A DNA stretch of 59,969 nucleotides, the filler included, from Sphacelaria rigidula (lineage: Eukaryota): NCBI GenBank assembly GCA_964200075.2. It is 4 parts of 4 records of this genome, joined end to end, with 100 filler letters (N's around TTAATTAATTAA, not from the genome) between each part and the next. Parts side by side here need not be neighbours in the genome. Positions count along the whole stretch, not along the records: positions 1 to 14,920 come from CAXNAA020001988.1; positions 15,021 to 29,940 come from CAXNAA020001989.1; 2 more parts are not named here. One strand, 5' to 3'. The stretch's first letter is position 1. Every line of letters begins with the position of its first letter. The translations under genes were made by a program, and so were the position numbers. The notes beneath the pieces were generated by a model. The model was not told where the DNA came from, did not search any database, and saw nothing but the letters and a program-made list of their open reading frames with translations. Shown piece by piece: positions 11,784 to 24,300 of this stretch.

Positions 11784-13861
11784 TAGCGCGCGTTGATGTT
11801 TGTGTGAAGTCTCATTTCCGCGTTGCAGCAGTTTCGTTTAGGGTCTCATTAGAGTCGACAGCAGAAGTTTCTACATTTGATTGTTTGTACTATATACAGT
11901 ATTTGCGTGAACCGGCCTGTAAGCTCTTTACTGTAGTTAAGATGAAACGCTCACTTGGGTGAGCAAGTTGTTTTTGTGCGTCTGTTCGTTTCCGGCTGGT
12001 CTTGGTTTCGCGCTGCCCGCAGCAGCGTGCGTCGCAGGGTTGGTGAATGTAACGACCGCGCGGGCAAAAAATGTTACGTCGATGCGTGTTCGTTCCCGTT
12101 AAAAAAAATGAGCGTCCAACGGCGCTCATGGTTGAAAATATATACGATCCGACTGGTGGCAGTACATCCGGGGGTGAGAAGTGATCGTTTCCTGCTTCTG
12201 GGAGATGGTTTGTCTGCATTAGTGGTACGCACGTAATTGTTGGGGGTCAATTGAAAGTGGTGCCCTGTCGCGCAGGAGTCGTAACTGAGCGTGTGTATCA
12301 AGTGTAATGAACGAAAAATACAAGTACTAGAGCTGTGCTGAACAGCAGAAACACCATTATGAGAACTCTATGGTATGGTATAGTTGGAATTTTCGCTTGC
12401 GGGGCATGAGAGGTGGATATGCTCCAACCCAACGCCGAAAAATGCTATGGTTGGTACATCCTTGCTTCTTGTAAGAACCTAGCCCTACCCCTATATCTCA
12501 AACGCCAACGTAAGGTATACTTATAATCCTCGGGCAAGGCGAGTGTAGGGGAACCGCCGAAGAAAAACCCAGTGGAAAGTTAACAAAGTCGACTGGCAGC
12601 AGCCCATGTGACTTCGTGTGCGACCTTTCCCGTCGTTCGAGCAGTTTCTGCTGTCTCGGTTGATCGTTGTACTCCACGTTTCCAATCTTCGTTGGCTGCT
12701 GCCACTTTTAGGTGTGGGCGCACAAATTTGGGGTAAATACATGCCAACGTGGAGGAGACTTGCAATCTCTCGAGAAAAAAACACCCGACGCGAACCCTGT
12801 CCCGAATGGCCCCCGCGCACATCAGGCCTAAAGGTGTCCCGTTTTTGAGCTCACGAGGATGCTAGGGCTTCGTGATTTCACCCGATTACACGTATGTAGT
12901 CACATTGAAGAAAAAAAGCAGAAGTGTCGGGCGCCAGAACGGGTCTGATGCAAAACCGCGCACTACTAAAGAAATAGAGGAAAACTTTGGTGGCGGGATT
13001 ATAGAATCGTGAGTTATCAGTGCCGGAGATGTTGCCGGTACCGTGAACATATTGATGACAATATTGATATCAGTCGGAGGGGGCGCCAGCACCGATACTG
13101 TCGGCGCGACTGTCGAGAGTGCTACAAATGTCGATGACTGTTCCGAAGGTGTGGGCAACAGTTTCTGAGGTGTCGCCCACACAAACTATTTTAGGTTAAA
13201 TATATTGGCTCTATTCTGGGAGTTCGAGTCAACACCACTTGTGGCAATTTCTCCCCAAGGAGCGCTTCTGCATTGGCCACCTCAGTGCACCGTAAACTTC
13301 CCGCCCGCGTTTCCACGGTTCCACGCAAATATCGGGGCACCTTTCGCCCGAGAAGGTCTGTCATTCGACACCAATTTCCCATTTCCAGCACGAACTGTCC
13401 CGCAATGTTCCTGGTCTATCGTAAGTAATGGCACAGAAATTCTGAAGGAGGTTGAGTGCCACATCCAGCCGGAGAGTATCCTATTCAGCACTCTGTGCCG
13501 TTGTGAGAGGTCTCGTTGGAGGACATCCGCGCGTATGACGGTCTTATCAAATGGGTATCTTCGCTCTGTACGGAACTCGTGACATACCCTTCGCTCTCAA
13601 CACGGGAATTTACAAATTGGGGATTGATTTGTTTTTTAGGATGAGAATCCGGAGAATTAAAATCTTCGTATCCACACCAAATCTTGGCAATGTAGTTCCA
13701 CTCCTCCACCTACTGGTAGCTATTGACAACTACTACATTCCAAACAAACTTGAAAACTGATAACCGACATGTTTGGGCCTTATGTGAAAAAAAAACAATT
13801 TTGGGGCATTCAGATGATCCGATCACATTGCCGGCATTGCCCCAAATTGTTTTTTTCATCT

Positions 13862-14150
13862 ACCCGGTAGCTCAGTTGGTAACCTCGTAACCCTCTGACG
13901 GTTGAGTAGAGGGGTTCGATTCCCGGAGCGATGTGGGATTTTTTCTTACACGATGCCCAACAGTGGAGAGCGACAATGTCGTGGGCGCACAAAATTCGAC
14001 TGAACGGTCGACGAGGGAAAGGGACTGCTCCCTCTCGCGATAAAAAATAAAAGGCAAGCACCGCAGAAGGAAGGTGGGGTACTGTGTGACCCGCGGAACA
14101 GTCGCCCCCTCTCCACGTCCCCACTGCCAATTTCGCCCACACGCCCGAGA
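13862..14150 (+). mobile_element. tRNA-derived SINE family 1
   Basis: cccggtagctcagttgg..ggttcgattcc head; ggtcgacgagggaaagggactgct core. Confidence 0.75.
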
Positions 14151-14920
14151 CACGTCGGCCCCTCTCTATATCACTTCTTCCCAGCCACCCAGTATCCCTC
14201 TGCGGAGCATCTTTCAAAACATTTGGTGAGTGTCATATATCGGACAAATGAAGGTAGCTCACGGAGACGAAATTTATACAGCGCTGTCGTTGAAGCGTTA
14301 CTCCGTTGATTGACGGTGCAAGATCGTGCATGTTGCACAACACGAAGGGAAGAGCAAATCATGCCGTTCCTGCCGCGTGCCAAGTGGTCCGTTCGACAAA
14401 ACCACGGGCACCTATCTGCACGGTAATGTTTCGTGTTGGCTCGTCGCCGGTAGTACAATGAGCATGAAATGCAAGATGTCTGTGAGACTGCGGACTACGG
14501 GACGGTCTTTGATACACCGGCCAGTCACCATCTCATCGATAAGTGATGTGTGCAGATGAGCGAGATGACGCACTGGGTACAATGTGCTCGGTCGAGGTAG
14601 ACGTGATTTTTTCGAAATCGGCGCCTGCATACGCGTAGGATCAACAAGCAACATACATGGTACGGTCCGCATCTGCCAAGATATCCTGTATTGTTTTACC
14701 GCAGGTGACGCAAGCTCGAGATGTAATCGATTCCACACGGGGAAGGCACGGCCTCAGCGATCGCATGTGCGGACCGCCCATGGGCATCATGCACTCCACA
14801 GGTATGAGGCACTCCTACTGTTGTTGTAGTACATCGATGCAGACGGAGTGATTTAACAATCGATTTTATATTTTGGGGTTCATACAAAATATGGGGCTGA
14901 AGTGGCATATCTGTCTTGCA

Positions 14921-15020
14921 NNNNNNNNNNNNNNNNNNNNNNNNNNNNNNNNNNNNNNNNNNNNTTAATTAATTAANNNNNNNNNNNNNNNNNNNNNNNN
15001 NNNNNNNNNNNNNNNNNNNN
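14921..15020. other. Artificial contig spacer
   Basis: N44-TTAATTAATTAA-N44. Confidence 0.97.
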
Positions 15021-15482
15021 CGAAAATCAAATCGGACACCGTTAAGGGCTCGTACAAACATAACGGACTTTACTTATGGGACAGAGGAAGTATTGCTTTT
15101 TTCGTACGCAGGTTCTTCACCTGCCTACAACCAGACTGTTCAGAACAAGATCTCGTTTTGGTGTTGCGCGGTTTGGTGGGGGAAAACGACGGGCTGGGCA
15201 CCAAATGCCGGAAAAATAGGTGTGCGGTACAGCGAGTGCAGCACAACATACCCAGCGACACGCATACCTTCGCTGTAGCTCGGCCACAGCGGCATATAAC
15301 AAGCTACAGAGCTATCCGTGCGCAGTTCCTGTGTCAATCGTGTTCCCCCCAAAGGACTGGTGGTCGCAGTGTATGTCTGTATCCCGACTTGTCCCTATCC
15401 TGTGCTCGGGTACCTTGCTCCGCAACACAGCTCATAGCGAGAAGTCAGCTTGTAAAATTCGATACTTGGTGCACACACAGCC

Positions 15483-15790
15483 ACGCCCCGGTAATGTAAA
15501 TTGAAATGGTCCGACCGGAATCGTGAGGGTGGAGAGAAGGTGGGTTTGATTCCCGACAGATGCGTTGGTTTTTTTCTTCGAGGCATCTGATTTCCACCCT
15601 TGACAGCGCGAGACTGTTAGTAGACAATACTGGTTGACTGTTTTTGTTTGACAAGAGGTGACTCGGTGCGAAGGTGCTGATCCAATCCGCGAGACTCAAA
15701 TGTAAGGCATGTGCCGGGTAAAGATAGGTTAATTGGTTCCTCGAGACTAGTAGACCACAAGCTTGTCCTAAGGAAGCGGATGGATTTAGC
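15483..15790 (+). mobile_element. tRNA-headed SINE family 2, degenerate
   Basis: gccccggtaatgtaaatt..gggtttgattcc head; the body aligns to 35865-36140. Confidence 0.6.
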
Positions 15791-15899
15791 GTGTGACAAG
15801 TACCCGTGTTGCAGACACAAGTTTCAATGTCGCAAGTTCCTGCTTCGCCCGTAGCTATACATTATTGGCATGACTTCACAGGGGAGACTTCAAGGCCTT

Positions 15900-16500
15900 C
15901 CCTTGTGTTGTGATCGAGTCCCGTGTGTACGGTCGAGGTTTCCGTGTCGGCGCCCTCACATGAAAATCGCACGCTGGATTCGAGAGAGGAGAAAGCAAGA
16001 ATGATTTCATATCTTTCTCCCACCCAGCTTGAAAGCTTTCGGATGAATTCTCGTAGCAATGGCACCAAGAGTCGTCCTCTGTCTTTTTGGACCGAGAAAG
16101 ATGAGAAAATAGTGTATTGGTAATCTATTGACTGTTCTTCATACTACCGGGTGTTGAATAACTCAGCCGCGGGGGACATGATCGCAACTGTGACGAAGCA
16201 TGGTTGTCCGTACCGATGGGTGCCAGGATCTGGTCCTATGTTACGGCTCAAAAATCCAGGACTGAGCATGAGAAATGTGGAAAAGGCAAAAGGCTTCTAC
16301 AACGATGCAGTTTACTCCATTACCACGAGTATCCAAGGGGGGATATACTTCAGGTCGTGTACCTCGAGACTGGCGGCGAATTTCATACCCGCATCGGTTT
16401 GTACAACCTTGGAGAATCTCCATGAGCCCGTGCGAAGTCTTGATCAACAAAGGACTTTCTGTGTTGTAGCCGGGATACACTAAATATGCTACGAATAGGC
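15900..16500 (+). pseudogene. Possible Copia pol relic (post-integrase region)
   Basis: Weak by-eye similarity (..KIVYW*SIDCSSYYRVLN..ATVT) to the Copia GY..SKSYRV motif; contains stops. Confidence 0.3.
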
Positions 16501-16809
16501 GCCTATCTTTCGATGATCTTCATGCGGTGAATGTAGATATTTTACCGGAAACTAAGATCTCCGGACGATTCGGGCCACGGCGTTGTGTTCGCTTTTTCTC
16601 AGCATAGAGTGAAAATATGTGGTATGTACCAAGGAAGGTATCGGCGAAGAAATGGTGCGCTGTTTGGTGGGATCTGCTTGTCGCGGTACTGTGTTCCATT
16701 TCCGATCCACGATAACCGAGCTGCGCCTCTAACTTGATTTGGGCTACGACTGGGATTATCGCAGCTCGAAGTATTGTGTTGTGTTGGGGACGATTTTTCG
16801 TGTATTCGT

Positions 16810-17279
16810 GGTATTCACCCGGGTATTACCAGTATCCAACAGTTCTGTAAGCCTTCTATACTGGCACCCGACAGTTCCGTGAGACCTAAACGGATTCTTT
16901 ACCCTTACCTGACCCTACGCTTGCTCCCTTCTCCGTGGCTACCTCTTCATCACTCTACCACTACCCAGTGCTCCCTTGTGGCAGCACTTTATTTCTTTGG
17001 AGCTCACCGCGTGCCGCGCCGTGGCGCACGCGTGCTCCACGCATCTAATTGGAGGAGTGTGCTGTGAAACTCAAGCAAAAGCCTGTGTGAAAATTCCGAT
17101 CTGGATTGCTGTGGTAATTTTCAACTTGTGACTGAATCGGCATAATTTTGATGCCTTTAATCGTGCCCCTGTAAAAATACCTGGTTGCGAGTGAGGGTTT
17201 GCAACCTCTATACCGCACCCGACAGGCTCTGTAAGTTTTGCAAGACATTTATACCTGTACCCTACTGAACACAGCCTTG
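16810..17279 (+). mobile_element. Partial copy of the hAT-like MITE family seen at 37073
   Basis: Ends in cctactgaacacagccttg (TIR variant); shares the agttctgtaag and taccc sub-repeats. Confidence 0.55.
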
Positions 17280-17715
17280 AGATAGTCGACTGCAGTCCGC
17301 CACTTTATTCTTCCAATGCAGTTCCTGTGTGAGTCGACAGCTGAAGCCACGTGGTGATGCAAGCAGGTCCCACCTGGAGGCGTCACGGCTTCACTGCAGA
17401 CGCACGTGTGCATATTTGGCTGGCACAGCGTTCATGTACAAACTAGATATCGCTCCGTGTTTTCCTTATTCCAGTAAGAAAAAGAGGTATAAGTGGTTCG
17501 CAATTTTCTGATCGGCCAAAATGGGAACTCACGATATATGATTGCCATATTCCTTCGTCAACGGCTCACGTCAACCAAGGCGCTTAAGAGCGGAGGCGCC
17601 TGTGGACATGGATAACGTCATTCTGTGGATTTCGGCATTTTGGCGGGCTTTCTGAAGGGAAAAGGAAAAATTCTCGGAAACGTGTTAGCCCAACAAAGCA
17701 TCACATTCATGAACG

Positions 17716-17993
17716 ACGTGGGACGTAATTTTGGGATTTGTGTTGTCATCCCATCCATTCTGCACGCCAGTCTACACCTTTGCTTGCCTTTATTTTGATC
17801 GCGAGAAGGGTTTAGAGATACCTTTCCCTCGTCGACCGTAGAGTCTGATAATCTTGATCCACGACATAGTCGCTCTGCACTGTTGGGCATGATGTGAGAA
17901 AAAAATCCCAGATCTTGTGACTGCACCGAATTGGAATCCGCGACCCAACCGTCCGAATGTTTCGAGGTTAGCAACTGAGCTAGCCACCGGGGC
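17716..17993 (-). mobile_element. tRNA-derived SINE family 1
   Basis: tttcgaggttagcaactgagc..caccggggc end and cctttccctcgtcgacc core. Confidence 0.72.
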
Positions 17994-18816
17994 GATCTGG
18001 ATTGGTTGACACAATTGGCTGGGTTCTTTGATGGCCGGAGAAGATTTAATCATCTGTGCTGTCCTCAGATAGCTTTCGAAAAATCAGAAGGGATCTATAG
18101 ATGAAACTTGGGACATGGGATGAAACGTCCGCATGCAATTTTTTGATTGGCCAAGATAAACACACTCATTCAAATATTCGGGTTGATCAAGGCTTCTCGG
18201 TAAAGAAAACCTATATACACACCCAGGAGCACATACATGTCTTGGCACAACCTTGCTCTATGACGAAGACACAGATTTTCATCTTGTATTTGTCGTGCTA
18301 CTGCGTGCACGTGTTCGTGCTTTGCAGCGTGAATACTCTACTCCCCGAAACTCTGTAGGTATATGTAGCTAACCTTGACCCTAAGTCCACACCCATGGCT
18401 CCAACTATGTGTCGGCAGGATATACACATAGGCTAGCTGCGTTGGGGAGGTGTACATCTGGGCTCAATGCGTTCGCAGAATATACTAAATGCATTGGAAG
18501 CGTGCAAATCTCCTCCGAACTATACTGTACTGACTGCACTGTACTGTACTTTTGTTCTGCGCGTGGGATCCGTCCATGTGATTGGTTCACAGTACACGCA
18601 ATGAAGACAATTAGGTTAACCCCCGCTAAGGCAAGCAACAAATGAGTACGCCCCCCCCCCCCCCCCCTCCGTATATTTCTCTACGGCTGTTTGCTACGCG
18701 TTGCTAAAGGGTTGGGTTTCTTCAATTTCTAGTGACGGGACATTTCAAAACCCAACCCGGCATGGATTCCAGGATCTGGATTCCAGATCACGGTAACTTG
18801 CCATATACCATTCCTT

Positions 18817-20626
18817 CACACTGGACAATGGGCACAATAATAGTCCATTGCTTCAGCAATAGACACAGGAGAAAACCTATCGATATGTTTTATCGAACAC
18901 GATAGATGGTGAAACACATCTATAGATATGTATTGCAAGGGACAATAGATGTTGCAATAGTCGATCGATAGCCTATGGTGATTACAATAGATGAAGATCA
19001 GTCGCCATCGATGGAAATCGTGTACCGCAATAGATTGTGGGATGTATTCATCGATAGCCATTGTCGTAACCGATAGGTTTGGTGTGTCATCCATCGATGG
19101 TCATTGCCGTCATCAATAGATTGGGTGAGCCATCTATCTATAGCAATTGCCGTCATCAATAGATCAGGTGCGCCATCTATCAATACATATTACCGTCATC
19201 AATAGATTGGGTAAACAATCATCGATAGCCTCTGCCGCCAACAATGCATTTTTGGGGTATCTATCATGGTCATTGCCGTCAACAATCGATTGTTCTCGGG
19301 AGCACCTATCGATAGGCAGTGACGCCAACGATAGGTTTTGCAAAATATATTGCTCACTGCAGTGGTCTCATGACATCAATTGCAATGCCCCTTACACATG
19401 AACACGCAACTACCGGAGGCGATAGCTGGCCATAGCTTCTGTGGAATAAGGTGGAAACATACATACAAAATGTGCATACATAGCGATCGACGCCATTGAG
19501 CTACTTTTTCGGGCAGCAATATACATTGGTGGCCGCGATTCAGATGACATTGTGACCCTCAATAGACGTTGGTGGCCGCACCTCTGATCCTGTTATGAGC
19601 AACAACGTATATTGGTGGCCGCGTGGCAGACCCTATTGTGACTAGCAACAGACATTGGTGGCCGCAATCCAGAGCCTAATGCAACAAATAGAATGCATCG
19701 ATGGACAGCTTGGTCCCTTCTTTGTCACGGCAATGATACATTCTGTCCCTTGTCCCGAATCTATTGTCACCTACAAAAGCTATCGATGGACTTTGATGCC
19801 AGTCGATTACGACTAACAATGAACACTGACAGTAAAATAGTCGGGGGTTTCAGCGTCAGTGTTCTATTACATAGTTTATCGTCCAGGGTATAAGTACATC
19901 TCATCCACACACAAGAGTACTGTAAGCGCTCATGTCCATCAAAGGGACACGCATAAGTACCAACACCACACCAACAGCAAAACTTGATTTTTTTTCCCGC
20001 ACGTATTGCGGATTCCTACACATTCCAAGCGCCAAAATTGTAGAAAGGTGACGTCATGTATTCACAATTAGTATTTTTATGTACCCACTGCATGTTCATC
20101 TGCGGCTTCTCTACCGTACCTTAACGGAGTATATTATGCTCTACACGTGGTATGTTGCGATGTAGGTGTGGTAATAGACGACAGGGAATATCTATCGGTA
20201 GGTATTGTATACCACAGTAGATTCTGGTATGTATCTATCGATATTCATTGCCGTCATGCATAGATTTTATACGCAATCTATCATTGGTGATTGCTGTCAT
20301 CAATATATTTGGTATACAATCTGTCAATAGCCATCGTCGTCATCAAGATATTTGGCACGCGGCCTATCGATAGCCATTACCATCATCAATAGATTTGTAA
20401 AGCTATCGATCGATGCAGTTGGTCGGCCGCAATATATCTCGGTGTAGGGTCACAACAAACTGCTGCCCGGACACAAGTGTGGGAAAGTGGTCTATCGATA
20501 GATATTGCCAACGCCAGTAGAAAGAAAAACTTGCCGATCGATGGTCATTATGGGCGACAATATTGGCATCTACTGCAGCAGATTCTATTGCTATTACAAT
20601 AGATGTCGTCTATTGTCCAGGGTGTG
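18817..20626. mobile_element. 1.8-kb non-autonomous DNA transposon, CACACCCTGG family
   Basis: TIRs cacactggacaat / attgtccagggtgtg; 8-bp TSD cattcctt/catttctt; 41-43-bp subterminal repeats containing CTATCGATAG. Confidence 0.85.
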
Positions 20627-20649
20627 CATTTCTTACACCTCTTCCGGCG

Positions 20650-21112
20650 GCAATAGACGACAGAGAATATCTATCGGTAGGTAGGTATTGTATACCACAG
20701 GAGATTCTGGTATGTATCTATCGATATTCATTGCCGCCATGCACAGATTTATACGCAATCTATCCATAGCGATTGTCGTCATCAATATATTTGGTATACA
20801 ATCAGTCAATAGCCATCGCCGTCATCAGTACATTTGACACGCGGTCTATCGATAGCCATTGCCGTCATCAATAGATTTGTATAGCTATCGATCGATGCAG
20901 TTGGTCGGCCACAGTACATCTCGGTGTAGGGTCACAACAGACTGCTGCCCGGACACAAGTGTGGGAAAGTGGTCTATCGATAGATATTGCCGATGACAAT
21001 AGGGAGAGAAGCTTGCCGATCGATGGTCATTACGGACGACAATACTATATGGCATCTACTGCAGTAGATTCTATTGCTATTACAATAGATGCCGTCTATT
21101 GTCCAGGGTGTG
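20650..21112. mobile_element. Second right arm of the same family
   Basis: Near-duplicate of 20173-20626 ending in ctattgtccagggtgtg. Confidence 0.85.
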
Positions 21113-21300
21113 TAACGTACATCCTGGTGCAACTCCTTATAAAATATCAAAATATTTAGATATTTCCCCGACTAGCATCATCGCACTTTTGGGACATTCT
21201 ATCATCTTCACCATCGTCCACATTTTCCCTTTGATCCCAGTTCCTCATATGTTTCCCCACAACCCATTTCTCCATACTGCGTCATGAGCCTTTTGTATCT
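21113..21300 (-). pseudogene. LINE RT fragment (same family as 45190-47460)
   Basis: IQKAHDAVWRNGLW; nucleotide match to ~46300-46470. Confidence 0.75.
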
Positions 21301-24300
21301 GTATCACCCGACAGTTTCTTCGACCCCGCCATCGCACTCGAAGCATCCCGCTCCCCCACGTAGTGATGCCTTGAAGCTTTTGCTCATAGGTGCTACCTCC
21401 TGAAAAGACTTCAGCAGTGCCAAGCTGAAGCGCCAAGTGTATGATTATGAGAGTCGCTTTCGGCGAGTACGATGCGAAGATGGAGACTGAGAAAAGCTAT
21501 GTCGCCGGGAACTCGAGCGCCCAACGCTGGAACGGAGGAACCAAAAATAGACTGCAGCGATCGATGTTTACGAGTAGCTATTGTATGATGTGGTATATGA
21601 TATCATTGCGAGAGAAAAGTAGTGATGATGAAATACGCGAATAACTACCTATATGTTTCTGGTACCGCACGTTTCAGTAATGAATTTCGGGTGTTCCTGT
21701 CTTTTTTGTCGCTTTGTTATTCATTGTTCCCCATCTTGTAACATACGGATACATGTGTGGGCCAAGGCGCGTGGGCTCTATTCCCGGTAATGTAGGCGTC
21801 AGTAGTTATGGAAGAGCATCTCTCACAGAGGCTCCACTCCTGCAACTATTGAGTAGTTCGTGGAGAGTATATTAAGCGATCCAACCAGTGCTGGATATGG
21901 TTTGAGCCCCGCACTACCCCGGAATTCAGTGTAACTACTCCGGGGTGTCGACGCGCGATTAGCTAGACAGCCAATCGTTCTCCAGTCTAACTGAGATCCT
22001 GGGACAACGACAGCGATCGCACTTGTCTCTTGTTTCTGTCGTTGGAAAGGGCGCTATAGATTTCCCCCTCTCCTAACGTATAGAGTTTCCCCCTGCTTAA
22101 CAAGGTTTACCTATCCATTAGATCTGCAACGAGTTTTCCCTTGCACTGTAATTTTGAGGATTTTTCTCGTTTTACCTTCAGGCGTATGATGCACAGGCTT
22201 TGTTGTTGTTCTGACCCTTCCAGCCCTCGGATAATTTTTGTTAGCCTTATAAATAAGGCTGGGAGGATGTTACAGATTTATTGGTCATTTTCCAGTCGAC
22301 TAGTCTCCATGTGCCATATTTTGTTATGCTTGGTATCTGATGGGTCATACTACTTTTGGGGTCCTAGATTGGGCTGCCTGCCCTCCTGTGTTACGGTGGA
22401 TATCGACTGTATATATAGGCGTTTCGAAGTGCGCGTGGCATGTGCAGTAGGTTTTATTCCATTCGCATATTGGTGTCGTGGTCCAATTAGGCGTGCTTAG
22501 CCCGGACCCCTGACCCCTGACCCCTCACAACTTCGTTTCTAGCTAACCAGTGGCCAAGCCTAATAACAAAGCTATCAGCCACCACTTGGAGACATCTCGC
22601 TTTCAAGCAAGTCAAGAGCACCTCTCTGCACGTCGAAGTGAGCCTATGTTTTGCCTTACGATGCAGTGCTGGTTCGGACTCAACGGTCTGTTAGCCTCGA
22701 GCGGGAGTTACTCCACTCAACTGCAATTATTCGTTGCGGCAGCTGCTTTCTCCGTGCAACCCGTGGCCTAGTATATTCCGTGAGAGTTGACACCCTTATC
22801 ATCTCGTGGTCAGACCACACATGGTACCCAATCGAAAAGATAAGCAGTACTGCATAGTCGCATCACTCTAGAGCTGCACTGTTTCGCGTTATGTCTGCAT
22901 ACGGTGTAGCGCAACAATCGTGCTTTCTGTTTAGCTAGGGTGTGATGAAGCTCAGAGGCGTTGCAAGATATACACTGTGCGGGTTTGCTCATAGACCCTG
23001 GATTCCGTGACGCGTTGTTATCGCGTCTGCTACTGTCATAAGTTAGGGTTGTTCACCCGCGGCGGTAGACCGCGTCGCCCTATCTAATCAGTTACCGGCT
23101 TGCCTTGGTCTCTACCCTGGGCCATCACTACGCTCTGCTCCTATGGCTGCCCTGCGGCTGTATTGAGTAAGAGAGCTGCTTGTTTTTAAAACATGAGGCT
23201 ATGAAACACGTGAGTTCTTAATCAACAGTCTAAAATGGATGAACCTACTCTGTGATAGTTAGGATGGATACCTAGGTCTGTGTGAAGTTGCCCACGTGGG
23301 AGCTTGGTGGGTTGGCACCATGGTATCTCCTGGCACTCATACTGAGAGACCCCAGCCAGTGCATTAGCTATTCCCTCCCTATGACAAGGGGTCCTCCAAG
23401 CACCGATCACGTGTTTTTAGGTGCCAAAATTTACATGTCTATCGGTTCCTCGGAGTGACCACCAGCTGGACAGAACGGAGCTGGGACACCTGGCTGTAGC
23501 GTACGCTCGATACCTTCCGTGCGAATACGACCCCACAGGTATGTCCTGTGGTTCATCCTTTCACTTGCATCTGTGCGCACACCCGCGCATGGCTGAGTAC
23601 CCCACGCACCCCCATAATCACACAGGCGGTGGGCTGCAGAGCGCCTGCTTCCGTGTTCGAGAACTGTTCTTGTTTTTAATTGAAAATTTCCGTTCGAAAA
23701 TCTTGCAGTACCCTGTACTGTACACACGCCCCCATCACATGTCACGAAGTTACAACGTGCGCATTGTGTGCACAGTGCTTTGTAGGCTAGAGGTGAGTGC
23801 TGTTGACCCACTACTAGAGAGCGGAGTGTCATGAGGCTGAAATATCCGTGCATGCGTGCGTAACTGGCACATAGCTGGCAGTTGTGTGTATCGGATGCCG
23901 GGAGGTATAGCGAGACTACAATCTGCGTTTATCGTTTCAGGTGTGTACTGTAAAAGAAAAAGGCCCAGATAGATCTGGTGGCCCTGTACCTACCCTAATG
24001 TGATAAAAAGCAAGCGGCAGTATAATGCAAGGACACAGCTTGCAACCCAAGGCACAAGATTGGCAGGCAAGTGTACAACCGTCAGGCTGTTACAACTTGT
24101 AGATACTGTGTAACCTGCTCAGTATCCAAATATCAACCGAGGTTCACGCAATAGGTTCTTCACTTCTCTCTCTCAATTATCTTGATTATAACTCCGATAC
24201 CCACTCAGTCAATCCAACCCAGACCAGCCAATACCTCTCACCGATGGTTAGACTTCCTTTTGCTGGCTAGCAGAGGGGAGCAGTTGATAGTGGTTGGTGG

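Noticed and set aside
12880-13760. Gypsy 3'-end protein relic on the minus strand
   Set aside because: Only faint resemblance; no diagnostic motif could be confirmed.
14965-14976. TTAATTAATTAA palindrome as a biological site
   Set aside because: It is an artificial linker inside the N spacers.
19520-19670. CRISPR-like array (invariant 11-mer with 32-nt spacers)
   Set aside because: The repeat is too short, the spacers resemble each other, it lies inside a TIR/TSD element, no cas genes are visible, and the context is eukaryotic.
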